Part shown: positions 1 to 17,741 of the stretch, in pieces
How the letters are laid out: each line of letters starts with the position of its first letter
Numbering within the stretch: position 1 is the first letter of the stretch
Assembly: GCF_003704095.1 (NCBI RefSeq)
Contig: NW_020845264.1
Coordinates: forward strand, 992,001 to 1,056,000
Length of the DNA: 64,000 nt
Direction: 5' to 3'
DNA from: Pocillopora damicornis
Taxonomy: Eukaryota
The notes under the pieces: model-generated
Databases searched by the model: none
Seen by the model: only the letters and a program-made list of their open reading frames with translations
What the model was told of the DNA's origin: nothing
Made by a program: the position numbers and the translations under genes

Positions 1-1493
1 AGGACTTGTTCGTTCTGGACTCTCTAAGAAAAACGCCATCACTTCACAAATGATCTGAGGAAAAACAAACAATACTCATGACCTTCAACAACAATAACCA
101 CGAATTCATCTTATTATCAACATCGAGCAGCACTCACTCTGTCGCCGAGGTAAAACTCAGCTGACTTGGTGCTAATTACCACCGCGGTCTCTTCTGTCCT
201 GTTGGATAGCAGTACCAATTTCCCAGGCTTTCCACCCAAGAAGCTTATGAGTTTATACCATGTGACTTTGTACCCAACTCGATAGGGTCCTGGAGCCAAG
301 ATGTCGTACGTACACAGAAGATGGATTGATTCACCTGCCAGGATGTTATCCGGGGGGACTACTGGTGTGATCTGTGGGGGACCATCCAAAATGGGATATT
401 GTTCGCGAACTGTGAAGAGATATTTAAGGTGATAGTATTTGGTGAATATCAGTTTATTGACTGTGTTGTAAAAAATTACTACTTAGCTTCTTAAAGTTCC
501 TACAGCGGCCACCGTCGAGATATCACGTAGCTTACTCCTGTTGTATACCAAATTGATGTGGTCTCTCGTCTAACCTGCTGTTGATATATTACTTACCTCT
601 ACATTTTGGTGCATATCCTATCTTACCGGGTCCACAAGGAACTTTGTCGGCTGAAAAAAAAATTCTACAATTACTTTTTTATGTATATTTTTGGCTTTTC
701 GTTTTCAAGTCAACCAGCCAACGGAAAAGGAACCAAAGAGGAGTTCTACTAGTTGGACATCATGCTGTGTCACTGGGTGAGTGCACAGCGGAGCTGAAAT
801 AATTTTGGCTTTTTTAGGGAATATATGAGGTAGTGGGTGCACCCTGTTTGGTCCGAAGGTGTGTTTAAACGAGAGTATGTAAACACAATGGTGGAGTTTT
901 AGTTTCACGGATGTTTTTAGGAATGTCTAATAAAAGCAGAGATGTCTTTCATGTGTTTACATAGCCTCATGGAAACACTCGCGAGGTTGGCAGATTACGA
1001 GACAGTCATAACAACCCAAGACACTTCACTGAGTTTAGTTTGAAAAAGAAACCTACAAATATACTTGTACCAAGGTGGAGTTGCTTGCCTGACAAATTTT
1101 AATCACCTTCTTTAGCGCAGTAAGCCGAGCAATCGTCCGTCCTCTTTAAATGATAAACTAAGAAGCCACCACAGTGAATCACGCGAACAGGTAACCGCCA
1201 CAAGCAACAAAACCTGTCCACTCCCTCCCATGCTACGCATGCGCTGCCATTCTTCTCCTCTCCAAACTCGGGATGTCCCGCGGGTTGCAACCAAATCTGA
1301 GCATGCGTACCACACGAACCAATCTCAGGGCAGCTCGTAGGAATTTCGGCGGGAATCCCATCAAGCTCCAACTTGTACCAAGCCTCCTCTAACTTGTTAT
1401 CACACAGGGGGAGCACTGAGTCCACTTGATTGGACTGTGCACGTGCAGGAATGTCGAGAATTTTGTGACCTGATGGGTGACACTGTGGTTTGT
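1..1493 (-). CDS. VWDE-like protein (uromodulin/GP2-type D8C cysteine-rich domain), partial; continues off the left edge
   Basis: Phase-compatible GT-AG exons at 1493-1107, 650-597, 409-138 and 54-<1. Translation DKPQCHPSGHKILDIPARA...CDNKLEEAWY...EIPTSC...CGTHAQIWL...CCLWRLPVRVIHCGGFLVYHL...CSAYCA matches the N-terminal D8C region of VWDE-type proteins. First exon not certain. Confidence 0.8.
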
Positions 1494-1984
1494 CTACGGC
1501 ATAAATGAAGATGACAATTTACTGTGATGTAGAAATGACGTCGCTGAGGAGCGAGTGTAAATACTAATATCTCAGTCACCTCTTCTAAACTGTCGCTATC
1601 AAAGAAACCTGCATCTTTGCAAATGTTTCAAACGGAAGAAAAAGAGCGTAGCAGTCAAGATATCGGTGAAAAGAAAATGTTTGAGTCAAGTTGATGGGTC
1701 TAGTATTGAGTATTAATCGAGTTTCCTGGTGTGAGGTCAGTAATCACATGGAAACTACAACAACAACCACAACAACACCAGATAAGAGGACATTTGGTAA
1801 ATGCATAACCATATGACCTTACAGAGTAAATTGCTCATTCTTTCACTGATATGACCATTCCAGTTCACAGATCATCGTGATGATTAGATAAGACATGTCT
1901 AAACAACGGAAATTCAATAAAGTCGTTTCCGATGAAATCTTCCGTATGAGTATTGGGTCAATTTTTGCTGCGTTTGTGCCTTTG

Positions 1985-2298
1985 GCCTCCCAGAACCCCT
2001 ACCCCATAACTGAAGCCAGATATAGACCCCATCGTAGTCTTTTGAGCAACTGTAATTTTCGCACTCCCAAGTTAGTCACTTTCTGGTTATGCATTTACCA
2101 TATGAAGCCTTTTAAAAAGGAAAGCACGACTTGAAATACGGTAACAATCTTTCACGCGCGAAATCACGAAAATGTGCAACCTCTTTCTAGTAACCCTATT
2201 GAAAATGCAATTCCACTATAGTCAATCCAGTTGTGAAAATACGACCCCAATCAGAGGCACATTCCCATTTGCTTATAAGGAAGTACTCCTCTCCTCCC
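1985..2298. repeat. Interspersed repeat fragment
   Basis: Contains tcccaagttagtcact, which recurs as tcccaacttagtcact at about 27343-27358. Non-coding and ends at an N gap. Confidence 0.35.
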
Positions 2299-2315
2299 NN
2301 NNNNNNNNNNNNNNG

Positions 2316-3197
2316 TTATTCATTACTCTTTGTTAATATAACGATAATAATCTTTCTCCCACCTCCAACTGTGAAGAGTTTTTCAATCCATTGAAGCACT
2401 TCATGGTCAATTCTTGAAAATAACGCGACGTCCCTTGTAGTGGAAGAGCAAGTCGGTCCGTACGTGTAAACACCAACTACAGCCCAATGACCGTCCTGCT
2501 TGATAACAACCGGGCTTCCTTGATCAGTTGAACACATTCCTTTAGTTCCAGCTACAGCACACCACGATTTATCTAACATTTTTCCCTTGCTCCTGTCTCT
2601 GAAACTCCGATGACAATCCCGGCCAGGAGTTAACAAAACATCACTTTGAACGAGCGTTTTAAACTGGGAACTTCGCCCAGATAAGTGACCCCAGCCCGTA
2701 ATCTTTCCGAGTAGACGGCGCGAGACGTTGTTGGTCTCAAAATCTGGCAGTTTCGCGTGTGATACGGGAAGATCATCAGGCAGCATAACTTTGCGTGCAA
2801 GATACAGTAGACCGAAGTTACCAGTTGAAGCTGAAGCATTATACTTAGGATATACAAGCGCTCTCAGTACCGGTGCTGTGTCTTCGCCTCGTGCTTGAAG
2901 ATCGACATGATGATTGCCAACTCTGATGAACACTGTCGAGTGATCGCTATCCACATTGTGTTTTGAATTCAATTTCCCTTTCACGAGTTTAGTACACAAG
3001 GCTGATGATAAAATCCATTGCTCCTGAATTAAAACTCCGCTACACTTCACAGACCTCACGAACACATGCCAAGGAAATCTTTCTCTCAAGGGATAATGCG
3101 TTTGCTTGCGTGTATTGAATGAATGGCCATAGTGTACATCGTAAGAGGATGTTAACGGTAGAAAACAAAGAGCCAAAAAGATGTTAAAGGCAGCCAT
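2316..3197 (-). CDS. Secreted trypsin-like (S1) serine protease homologue, catalytically inactive
   Basis: 293-aa ORF with signal peptide (MAAFNIFLALCFLPLTSS) and S1 landmarks FPWHV, CSGVLI..WIL, ITGWG, WAVVGV. Triad motifs read SSALC (H to L), NFGLL (D to N) and TDQGSP (S to Q). The exon may really end at a donor at 2363. Confidence 0.85.
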   Translation of the reverse strand: MAAFNIFLALCFLPLTSSYDVHYGHSFNTRKQTHYPLRERFPWHVFVRSVKCSGVLIQEQWILSSALCTKLVKGKLNSKHNVDSDHSTVFIRVGNHHVDLQARGEDTAPVLRALVYPKYNASASTGNFGLLYLARKVMLPDDLPVSHAKLPDFETNNVSRRLLGKITGWGHLSGRSSQFKTLVQSDVLLTPGRDCHRSFRDRSKGKMLDKSWCAVAGTKGMCSTDQGSPVVIKQDGHWAVVGVYTYGPTCSSTTRDVALFSRIDHEVLQWIEKLFTVGGGRKIIIVILTKSNE

Positions 3198-4380
3198 TGT
3201 ACATGGTATCTCTGTATACGTGTTCCGCTTCCGACGTTATGCTGACAGTTTATGCCCTAATGGTTTTGTTATTTACCACACGGGGTAATCGGTAAATATT
3301 TGTAGGTCGTCACCGGCTATTCCGCTAATTGGCTCTCATTACCAAAATAACAGCTCTTTACAGAAGCTCACACTCACTTGATGGTTTGCAAAGTGATATG
3401 TTTCCTGGCGGCAGATCAAATAAATATGTTGAACATTTGCTTACCATTAAAATTTATCACTGATAACAGAAAAGTATTCTTGAAAAATATGCTCTCTCGG
3501 ATATTTCCGCAATCGACGGAGAGTTTAAAGTTTCAAACTCAAAATTCTTACATTAAATCCGTGTCATTTTTTGACCACGAAACACTACGAAGGGTCACGA
3601 AAGGTGAAAAACTCCTTGTCACGTATTTTTATGTAACACACGGAAATAACTCAAGTGAGAAGACTTTCCTCACTCCTATAACACGACAAAAAAAATAATA
3701 AATATAAATAACAGTTGACTCACACGAAAATTTACTGAACAGCCCAACAAGGTTGACGATGGTACAAAGTGTAAAGGTGTGTGGGCTCTGAATGTCCTGA
3801 AGTAAATTCAATCTCTGTTACAAATAACTTGAGACACAACGGGAAGAAGTCTTAAAGATAGTTAAAGAAAACAAACATCAGAAGGGAAACCATGTTAGTG
3901 TTTTAATCGAGAGAGAAGGTCACCGGCCAGGAGCGCATTGAAACGACAGCAAATTGAAGAAAGAAAAGCACAATAGGATGGTTCTGTTTGCTTCAGGTTA
4001 CGAAGACTTCTTCACAGGGGTAAGGCGTGGTTGACTTTTATCATGGATCATTATGCCACTCTTTTATTGATTGAGATCGATCAATTTCTTCAAAGGCTTT
4101 TTTTTGTGGGGAAGATAGTATTAAAAATGGCCAGGTTTTGCGCGAAAGGAAAATTCACTTGAATTTTTAGGTAATATGACTGTTTTTACAACAAAAGTTA
4201 ACAAGCAGGAAGGCGTTGAAGCGTGGTGTACATTGCATGACACGCACTCGGATTTCCGTCTCCATTCAAGATAGCATTTCAGTATATGATACCCAAGAAG
4301 TCTCGACATTTAAACTCTGAAAGTACCTCTGAGATAAAGTTTTTCATGTTTCGTCACGCAAATTACTTTTCTGATTTCTA

Positions 4381-4510
4381 GCGGTCACATTTATCGACGG
4401 GAGGGAGGGGGGGAATTTTTGTTGTCACATAAAAATTTACCCAATACCCCCATGTAAGACTCTCCCCTTCCAACAGTTATAATTCTTATCATTCCCCCCT
4501 CCTTTGGGGG
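4381..4510 (+). mobile_element. Partial MITE of the family at 5117, 57065 and 57681
   Basis: Shares the G-run, ttgtcac..taaaatttacc and C-run motifs with 5139-5200. Confidence 0.4.
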
Positions 4511-4590
4511 TTATGTACAAATACTAATATTAAAAATCTATACAGGTAATTACAATATAATTTTAGATAAAAATGTTTGACATTGAGCAA

Positions 4591-4836
4591 AGCCGGGTTG
4601 TTCAAAGCTGGGTTAAGATAACCCAGGGTAAATGAAAAATCTGATTTCAGATCTGGAAACTTTAAAGGAAAATTCAGTATTAGTCTTTTTGTCCACAATT
4701 TGGTGATTGGATGCACTAAAAAGAATAGAGAAAATTATGCCAAAAAGGCTTTTCAAAAAAGGAATGAAGAGACTGGGATTAAAATTTAATCCTAGAAATT
4801 TAATCCAGGGCTAGCACTAATCAGCCTTCGAAACAG
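4591..4836. mobile_element. Short TIR element (MITE)
   Basis: Left end ggttgttcaaagctgggttaag; degenerate inverted right end ctaatcagccttcgaaac; about 245 bp, non-coding. Confidence 0.45.
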
Positions 4837-5116
4837 ATGGCTGATTAGTAAGTTCCTTGTATAACTGTACGACTACTGAGCTTGTCAAAATGAAAATTAG
4901 CTTCAAAGACATATTTTCTATATTCCACCGATGCTATATGGATAATTTACTTTATTGGAAAACCGTAGCTTGCATAGTCAAGCTCCTGAAGGAAGGAGGA
5001 GGAGGAGAAAGTGTGAATGGGATAAAAGAAATACTCAATTTTCTCTATTCCCACTTTTCTATCTGGTTGCGACGACTGATCCCCCCACCCTAGGCTCCGT
5101 TGTTCTGCGTGTTATA

Positions 5117-5340
5117 CATCAGTATCGCTAGATGGCTGAGGGGAGAGGTTGGAGGATTTTGGTTGTGTCACACAATAAAATTTACCCGATCCCCCTCTAG
5201 GGTCCTGAAGTATTTTATTGATCCCCCCTTATTGACCTTCCATGCAAGAATTGACTCCCTCCGTTCCCCCTGAAAACCATGTGATTTCACCCCCAAATCC
5301 TTCCCCCCTGCCACCCCTGGTGATAAATAAACACCGGTTT
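5117..5340 (+). mobile_element. MITE (G-rich/C-rich family, possibly PIF/Harbinger-derived)
   Basis: ggaggattttggttgtgtca...aaatttacccgatcccc...cccctgaaaaccatgtgat...cccctggtgataaata; homologous copies at 57065-57328 and, inverted, 57681-57942. Confidence 0.6.
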
Positions 5341-5694
5341 ATATATATTCTAGGGTGATCAGATAAAGAAGCGAATTTTCCTCACAGGATTCAGAGGCAG
5401 GAGCTCCTGTCAGTGACCAGGAAGAACCGTGTAATGTCTCATTCGTTTCCCTTTTTCATTTCATTCTGGAAAAAAGTGCGTAAAATTTCTTGAACGAGTA
5501 TTCAATCAAATTGTTTAAATGATTAAGACGAAAGAAATATTTCCTGCGGTGTTACCTAAGTTCAGCCACGACTTTACAGACTATTGATGACTTAATATTG
5601 GCTGCATCTGATCTATTTTCACAGCGAGTGCACTTTTCTCCTAGTCTCTTCTGTTTTGACGTTTATCTCTCTTCCATTTCTAGTATACTTTAAA

Positions 5695-6045
5695 CTGATT
5701 TCATCAACTCAGTCGATAACGTAAATTACCCACCGGAGAGAGTTTCCAAAGCTGACGTTTCCAGCGTTAGCCCTTCGTCAGAGCGAACGGAAGATTTTTT
5801 GTAGGTAGTGTCTGATTATATGCAGGAAAATGGAGCTACGCTGGGAACGTGGTAACTTGGTGTAACGTGTAATATTGTTGAGATGAATTTCCGAAAAAAA
5901 CCCTAGAACTAAAAAGTTTGTGCATTTAAACATTCACAACCAACAATTCCCCAGTTCGCTCTGACGAAGGGCAAGACGTCAGCCTTAGAAACTTTTTACG
6001 GTGGACAATTTACAGCAAAAACTCAGTTGATTAAACCAAGTTATC
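5695..6045. mobile_element. Penelope-like terminal-repeat remnant, inverted pair with hammerhead ribozyme motifs
   Basis: Minus strand 5784-5751 reads gctCTGACGAagggctaacgctgGAAACGTCagc; plus strand 5958-5983 is an internally deleted copy. The outer arms are reverse complements and match 20207-20403. Confidence 0.65.
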
Positions 6046-6366
6046 ATTGCGTGACACGCAGCCAGAGGCGGGTCTCGTTTAATCTTCTATCAGGCTACAA
6101 TACATTTGGAAGAAAATACAAAAGTTTGTTTTGTTTGTAAAACTAGTGTGGTCATTCCACTGAATGTGAATGTTTCAAAATTTATCCACCGTCACAATTG
6201 TCTAATTTCAAGCCTATTGTTGTCATAAAATTCCCACAAGCGCGTAACCAGGTAACTATTATTTGCGATGAATGCGTCAGAGCAATGCTGGTACATACGT
6301 AGTTATAACCTGCACAGTTTGAGAGGTTCCATGTTAAACTTTAATTGGTCGAAACAAGACAAAGAC

Positions 6367-6380
6367 GTTCCTATGGAAAC
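6367..6380. promoter_or_regulatory. RFX X-box candidate in the alpha-tubulin 1 promoter
   Basis: GTTCCTATGGAAAC fits RTHNYYWTRRNRAC exactly, about 125 bp upstream of the ATG; second weaker site GTAACCAGGTAAC at 6245-6257. Confidence 0.5.
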
Positions 6381-6503
6381 TCTTTTTAAAGGACAGGTCG
6401 ACTCCCCCTTTTACTTCTAACGAAAGCCGTTACTCTCGTCGGAAGGTCTAATCGAGCACTACATTTTTAACCGAGTTTTCGCTGTGGTAAATCATTCGTC
6501 ATC

Positions 6504-10471
<3,968 letters not shown>

Positions 10472-12410
10472 TCATTTTTCATCTCAGTAAAAAGGACAAA
10501 ACTAAAAAACTTTTTAGGACTTTCATTGTATATTTTATGATCTTTAAAATACACTTTGACTTGCCCTCCTTAGCACCCTGTCCCTAGTTGTTGTGTCATA
10601 TATGGATTATTTTCAACTGTTTTAATGATGGCCTAGTTCCGGACATCATCTTGTCTTCCTCTGAATTATAAAAGTGTCATTCAAAAGATAAACAAAGAAA
10701 AATCGTGCCAGGAAAGAAATAGAGGAAAGTGAATTACTCAGAGAACCAAACAATTGCACAAGGCGGAAAGAATCTTTGAAAGCAGCGCGCGCGCGAGCGA
10801 GACGTCACGCGTGTAAAAAAACATTGGAGGGCCTTGCCCAGAGTTCCTGCCGAAAATAGTATTCGAGCAGTTCCCTAGATGGACAGATCCCTTTTTTTTG
10901 TGTTGTGCATCACATATAAATGAATCAAAGAAACCTACGACCAACTTATGGATAAAGTAATCCTGAAATGACACATGTTTGTCAACTTTTTACAGTGGTC
11001 CAGTAGCATGTAAAGTTGCTCTCTCCTCCAGAGTTAATGCGCTTGCTTTGCTGCACCCACATTACGTGCAACATTACAATGCATCACGTTACGGACTTTT
11101 TGCACGTTCCAGCGAACATACATATCGGAAGCTCGCTCGCTAGTATTAAAACCTAAAGTGATTCAATCCTCTCCATATAGCAAATGTCGGAGGAGTGTTA
11201 TTATGGAATATTTTGCTCACTTTCCGATCGACCATAAGTCCTTTTAAATGGCTATGTCGGGGTAAATTTGCTTCGGTGTGCTCTTGGTTACTCCAAATCT
11301 TTCTGGAGATGTGTTACATAACAGGAGAAGAAATCCAAAAAAGGCCTAGGGTTTTTTCGGTATTACTTTGTAACTTTGCTCCAGAGATATTTAGAATTTT
11401 GGTAACGACCCAACTCCGCAGAATAATAAAGATATACCTCGGGCAGTCTACAAAATCAGTACGAAAGGAAATCATGCGTTCATCATATTTCTGTTAAAAA
11501 AATAAATCAAATTTAGACGCTGCGATTCAAATCTTTCTTTGCCTGCGCGATCCAATTTCCTCGGTATTTCCAGCCCATTGTCACGTTTCGCCGCACAGTC
11601 GCTCAATAAATATTTGTGTTGTAAAACGATATTTGTTTACTAGTTTTTCTCCCTCCTACATCTGTTAACAAACCCAAACCTCTAAAGTTTTCTGCCTCGG
11701 AAGATACGCATTTTAGGAACTTGTCATTATCACGCCTGTGCGGAAAGATCAGAACCCCCCACCCAATGTAAATAGCAAGCGAACCCTTTTCTTTATTCAA
11801 TAGTTATGAACCCCCCCCCCCCCCCCCCTCCTCGTCACCTCATATTTCCTCTTATAGGGGCAAATACATATACCAGCATTATTAACTAATGAAAGTGATG
11901 TTTTGTTAGAAAACATTTCTTGATTTTGAAAAAGTGATAGATTCTACAAATTATGGTGAACACAAATATATTACTATTGTATTTGTGACTTTGTCCCGGA
12001 GAAATTACAATTATAGCCATGCAGAAAAAGCTATTTTCCAGTGATTTTCCTACAGTTGTAAAAGGACTACTTTCTTGTTGTGATATCATGTTTTAAAATT
12101 GCTTTCATGACGGAGCGCGGGGAGGGCACGGCTACACATGGGCTGAATATGTCTGCATCTTAATGAGTGAGTGTGTGACCAACTTGCATAGTACTTCGGG
12201 TATCCACAAGTGAAAACGCGTCATTCTTATTTCAAATTGCATGATGTGGTTCATATATACTTTCATGGTTGACTGAACAGGTAGGCAGTCATAAATAATG
12301 CAGGCAAAATCAAGTGAATCCCTTGAGAACTTCGTATCCCTGGTTAATTCGGCTAAATCTGTCAATACAGGAAAGGTGGGGCTCATTGAAACTGAAAGAT
12401 ACAGGTTTTT

Positions 12411-12572
12411 GATTGGACCTTTCGTATGACGGATTAGATTGCCATGCCAACTGCGGTTTCTTGGAGTACCTGCTTTTTAGGAGCGCGCAAATCAAGGATT
12501 GGCATATTGTACCGTTTCTTTCTTCTATCGAAAGCCGTTGCCTTTCCGAAAGAAGTTTCAAGCGCTTTATAC
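12411..12572 (+). promoter_or_regulatory. Alpha-tubulin 2 proximal promoter (reverse CCAAT boxes, X-box-like site, TATA-like element)
   Basis: gattgg at 12411 and 12497, ATTGCCATGCCAAC at 12438-12451, tttataca at about 12565, upstream of the ATG at 12609. Confidence 0.4.
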
Positions 12573-12608
12573 AGTATTTTCCTGCCTGAAATCTAACACT
12601 ACATCAAC

Positions 12609-15437
<2,829 letters not shown>

Positions 15438-16670
15438 TCATGGGACAGTTTGTCATCTTGTCTGTTTAAGTTTTGGAAGATAAGCAATAAAGAGATTTTG
15501 CTTGGAAAATGGTGTCTTATGATTAATTTCTAAATCAGCTTTATTGTCAGGTTTTGTTTGATTTTTTCAACCATTCCCCGTTGAACAAAGTACTATTCGA
15601 TGAAGCAACACTGCTAAAACATAGTTCTCTTTACCTTGAAATGTGAAATATTAGTCTTTTGCACTTAAAAGTGGTCACAAATGCGAGATTTGGGTCATAT
15701 TATTTGGAGGCGAACCATAACTTCACCCCTCAAGTAAGCTTTGACAGTATTTTAGGCGAACTTTGGGTCAACACTTAAATTAAGGTGTTGGAGACTTCTT
15801 TTTTTACTCGTTTGTTTCTAATTTAATTCGCCAAATTTTCAAACTTAAATTCAGTGGAAATGTTGGGACCTCTTCCTTAAGCTACTCTGAATGCTGCTGC
15901 ATCCATTGGCGAACATCATTAATTGCTTAGGGTGACTAAAATCATGGAATTTAGGTTTGGCTTCTGGAGAATCAGCAGTCTTTCAAAATGTGCAAAGCAA
16001 TGTAGATCAAAACTTGAAAAAATTAACCGAGTCAATTTCAGTAGAAATAAACATCACACTTTCCATGCTCGCGGACGTTTTTTTTTAACACTTAATTTAT
16101 TTGTGACATGCATGTTTGTGTGCCGTTTGGAATAAGCCTATCAGTTCACTTGCTTTAGTTACATCATGGCATTTTCCAAAGAGTCGTGGGAAATCGTGGA
16201 ATTTTCACAGCTCAAAAGTGTGCGAACCCTTAAAGAGCTAGGAAAGACTTGGTAAGTATTTATACCCCCTACAGTTGAAATACCATAGCCCCATGGTTTA
16301 ATATCCTTTTTTTTTTGTTCAAATTCTAGCCTGAATTATGGCGAAAGCTTATAGGCCGCACTTTACCAGGAACGTCTAAGAGACGGTTTAGTATTAATTG
16401 ACAAATAATTCTCAACATTGCAATTTTAGTTTCTGTACTACTGCGGAAACGTAATCAATAAACGAAAAATATTATCTAGGCGATAAAAACCTAACATTAA
16501 TTGTTTATTTAAAGAGTTGCAAAAAATAATAATAATAAATAAAAAAATTAAACAACGGTCAAAATTTAACAGTTTTCTAAACTCAGAAGTGTTGAGTTTC
16601 GCGTTATTTGAACTCATTCTCCAAATTATCAGAGTTGTGTATGTCACGCTGTCACGATCTAAGTCGAGCA

Positions 16671-17741
16671 TCACATCATGGTCTGGCTGTCACGATATTC
16701 CGTGGATTGGATTGGCATCCGCTGTATCGTGGGATTCTGAGTTTCCATCTCTTGCTTTCGGCACCTGCGGCACGAGCAGAACCCAAACCAATCTTTCCTA
16801 AAATTGGGTATGTAACAAGCAAAAATTAATGGATTGAAAAGTGAATTTACAAACTTCATCAGTTCCGTGATGATTGTAAGGACCAGAACAATATCGGGGT
16901 GCACTTCAGCCAGGACGTTAAAGGATCGAAGCATGGAGATGAATACAGAAGGGCCCCAACAGATGACCACGCCCATAGAAAGTGCGCTCAGCATGCGTGT
17001 GACTTTTCTCTTCGCGTTGGCAGTCTCCTTACTGATGGTACCATTTTTTACATCTTTCTTGAGATAAACGAACGTCACGACAAACAGGAAAACCATGACA
17101 ACCAGAGGAACAGTAAAAGCCAGCAGAAAATACAGGGTAGTAGAAAGCTGCCCGCTCCAATTCCGATACAAATCGCACAGTTTGGGAACGCTACAGTTTT
17201 TTAGCTCCTCTGTTAAATTTTGATCAGCCTCTGGTATCTGCGTATAGAGGATACTCTGTGCGCTGTACATTAACGGTCCACTACAGACAATAGCGTACAG
17301 CCAAACGACGAAAACCACAACAAAGGGCGTACGGCGTGACATGAGACCTTTTAAAGGGTATGCCGCGTCACGATATACATCAACAGAAATCACTAGAAGC
17401 GAAACAAAAAAAGCCGCACCACAAGCCGAGGAGAAGAAATGTAGTAGCTTGCATGGAATAGTCCCCTCCTCTACGCTAAATACTGTGCTCAAATATATCA
17501 AGGGTCCCACGGTTAACAACCGAAATATCAAATCTGCTACAGACAGATGAAATACAAAAAAGTTTGACAAGTTCTTTAGCACACACTTGTTTTTCAGCAT
17601 GACTCCGCAGACTGTAGCGTTGATAACGATTCCGATGAAAATCAGAAAGAAAACTGTTGCTTCAGATGCCTTGGCAATTTGTTTAGCCGTTACACACGTC
17701 ATCTTGAGGATGTCGGCTTTGTCATTTCCTAAAGTCTGCAT
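16671..17741 (-). CDS. Class A (rhodopsin-like) GPCR, peptide-receptor-like, atypical motifs
   Basis: 356-aa ORF with 7 hydrophobic segments, N1.50, LSVADL, TM3/ECL2 cysteines, CWGP and NSLFNP. DVY replaces DRY and NPLIF replaces NPxxY. Confidence 0.92.
   Translation of the reverse strand: MQTLGNDKADILKMTCVTAKQIAKASEATVFFLIFIGIVINATVCGVMLKNKCVLKNLSNFFVFHLSVADLIFRLLTVGPLIYLSTVFSVEEGTIPCKLLHFFSSACGAAFFVSLLVISVDVYRDAAYPLKGLMSRRTPFVVVFVVWLYAIVCSGPLMYSAQSILYTQIPEADQNLTEELKNCSVPKLCDLYRNWSGQLSTTLYFLLAFTVPLVVMVFLFVVTFVYLKKDVKNGTISKETANAKRKVTRMLSALSMGVVICWGPSVFISMLRSFNVLAEVHPDIVLVLTIITELMKFVNSLFNPLIFACYIPNFRKDWFGFCSCRRCRKQEMETQNPTIQRMPIQSTEYRDSQTMM

Noticed and set aside
10785-10812. (CG)n run and CRE-like gacgtca between the tubulins
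   Set aside because: Short and isolated, with no supporting context.
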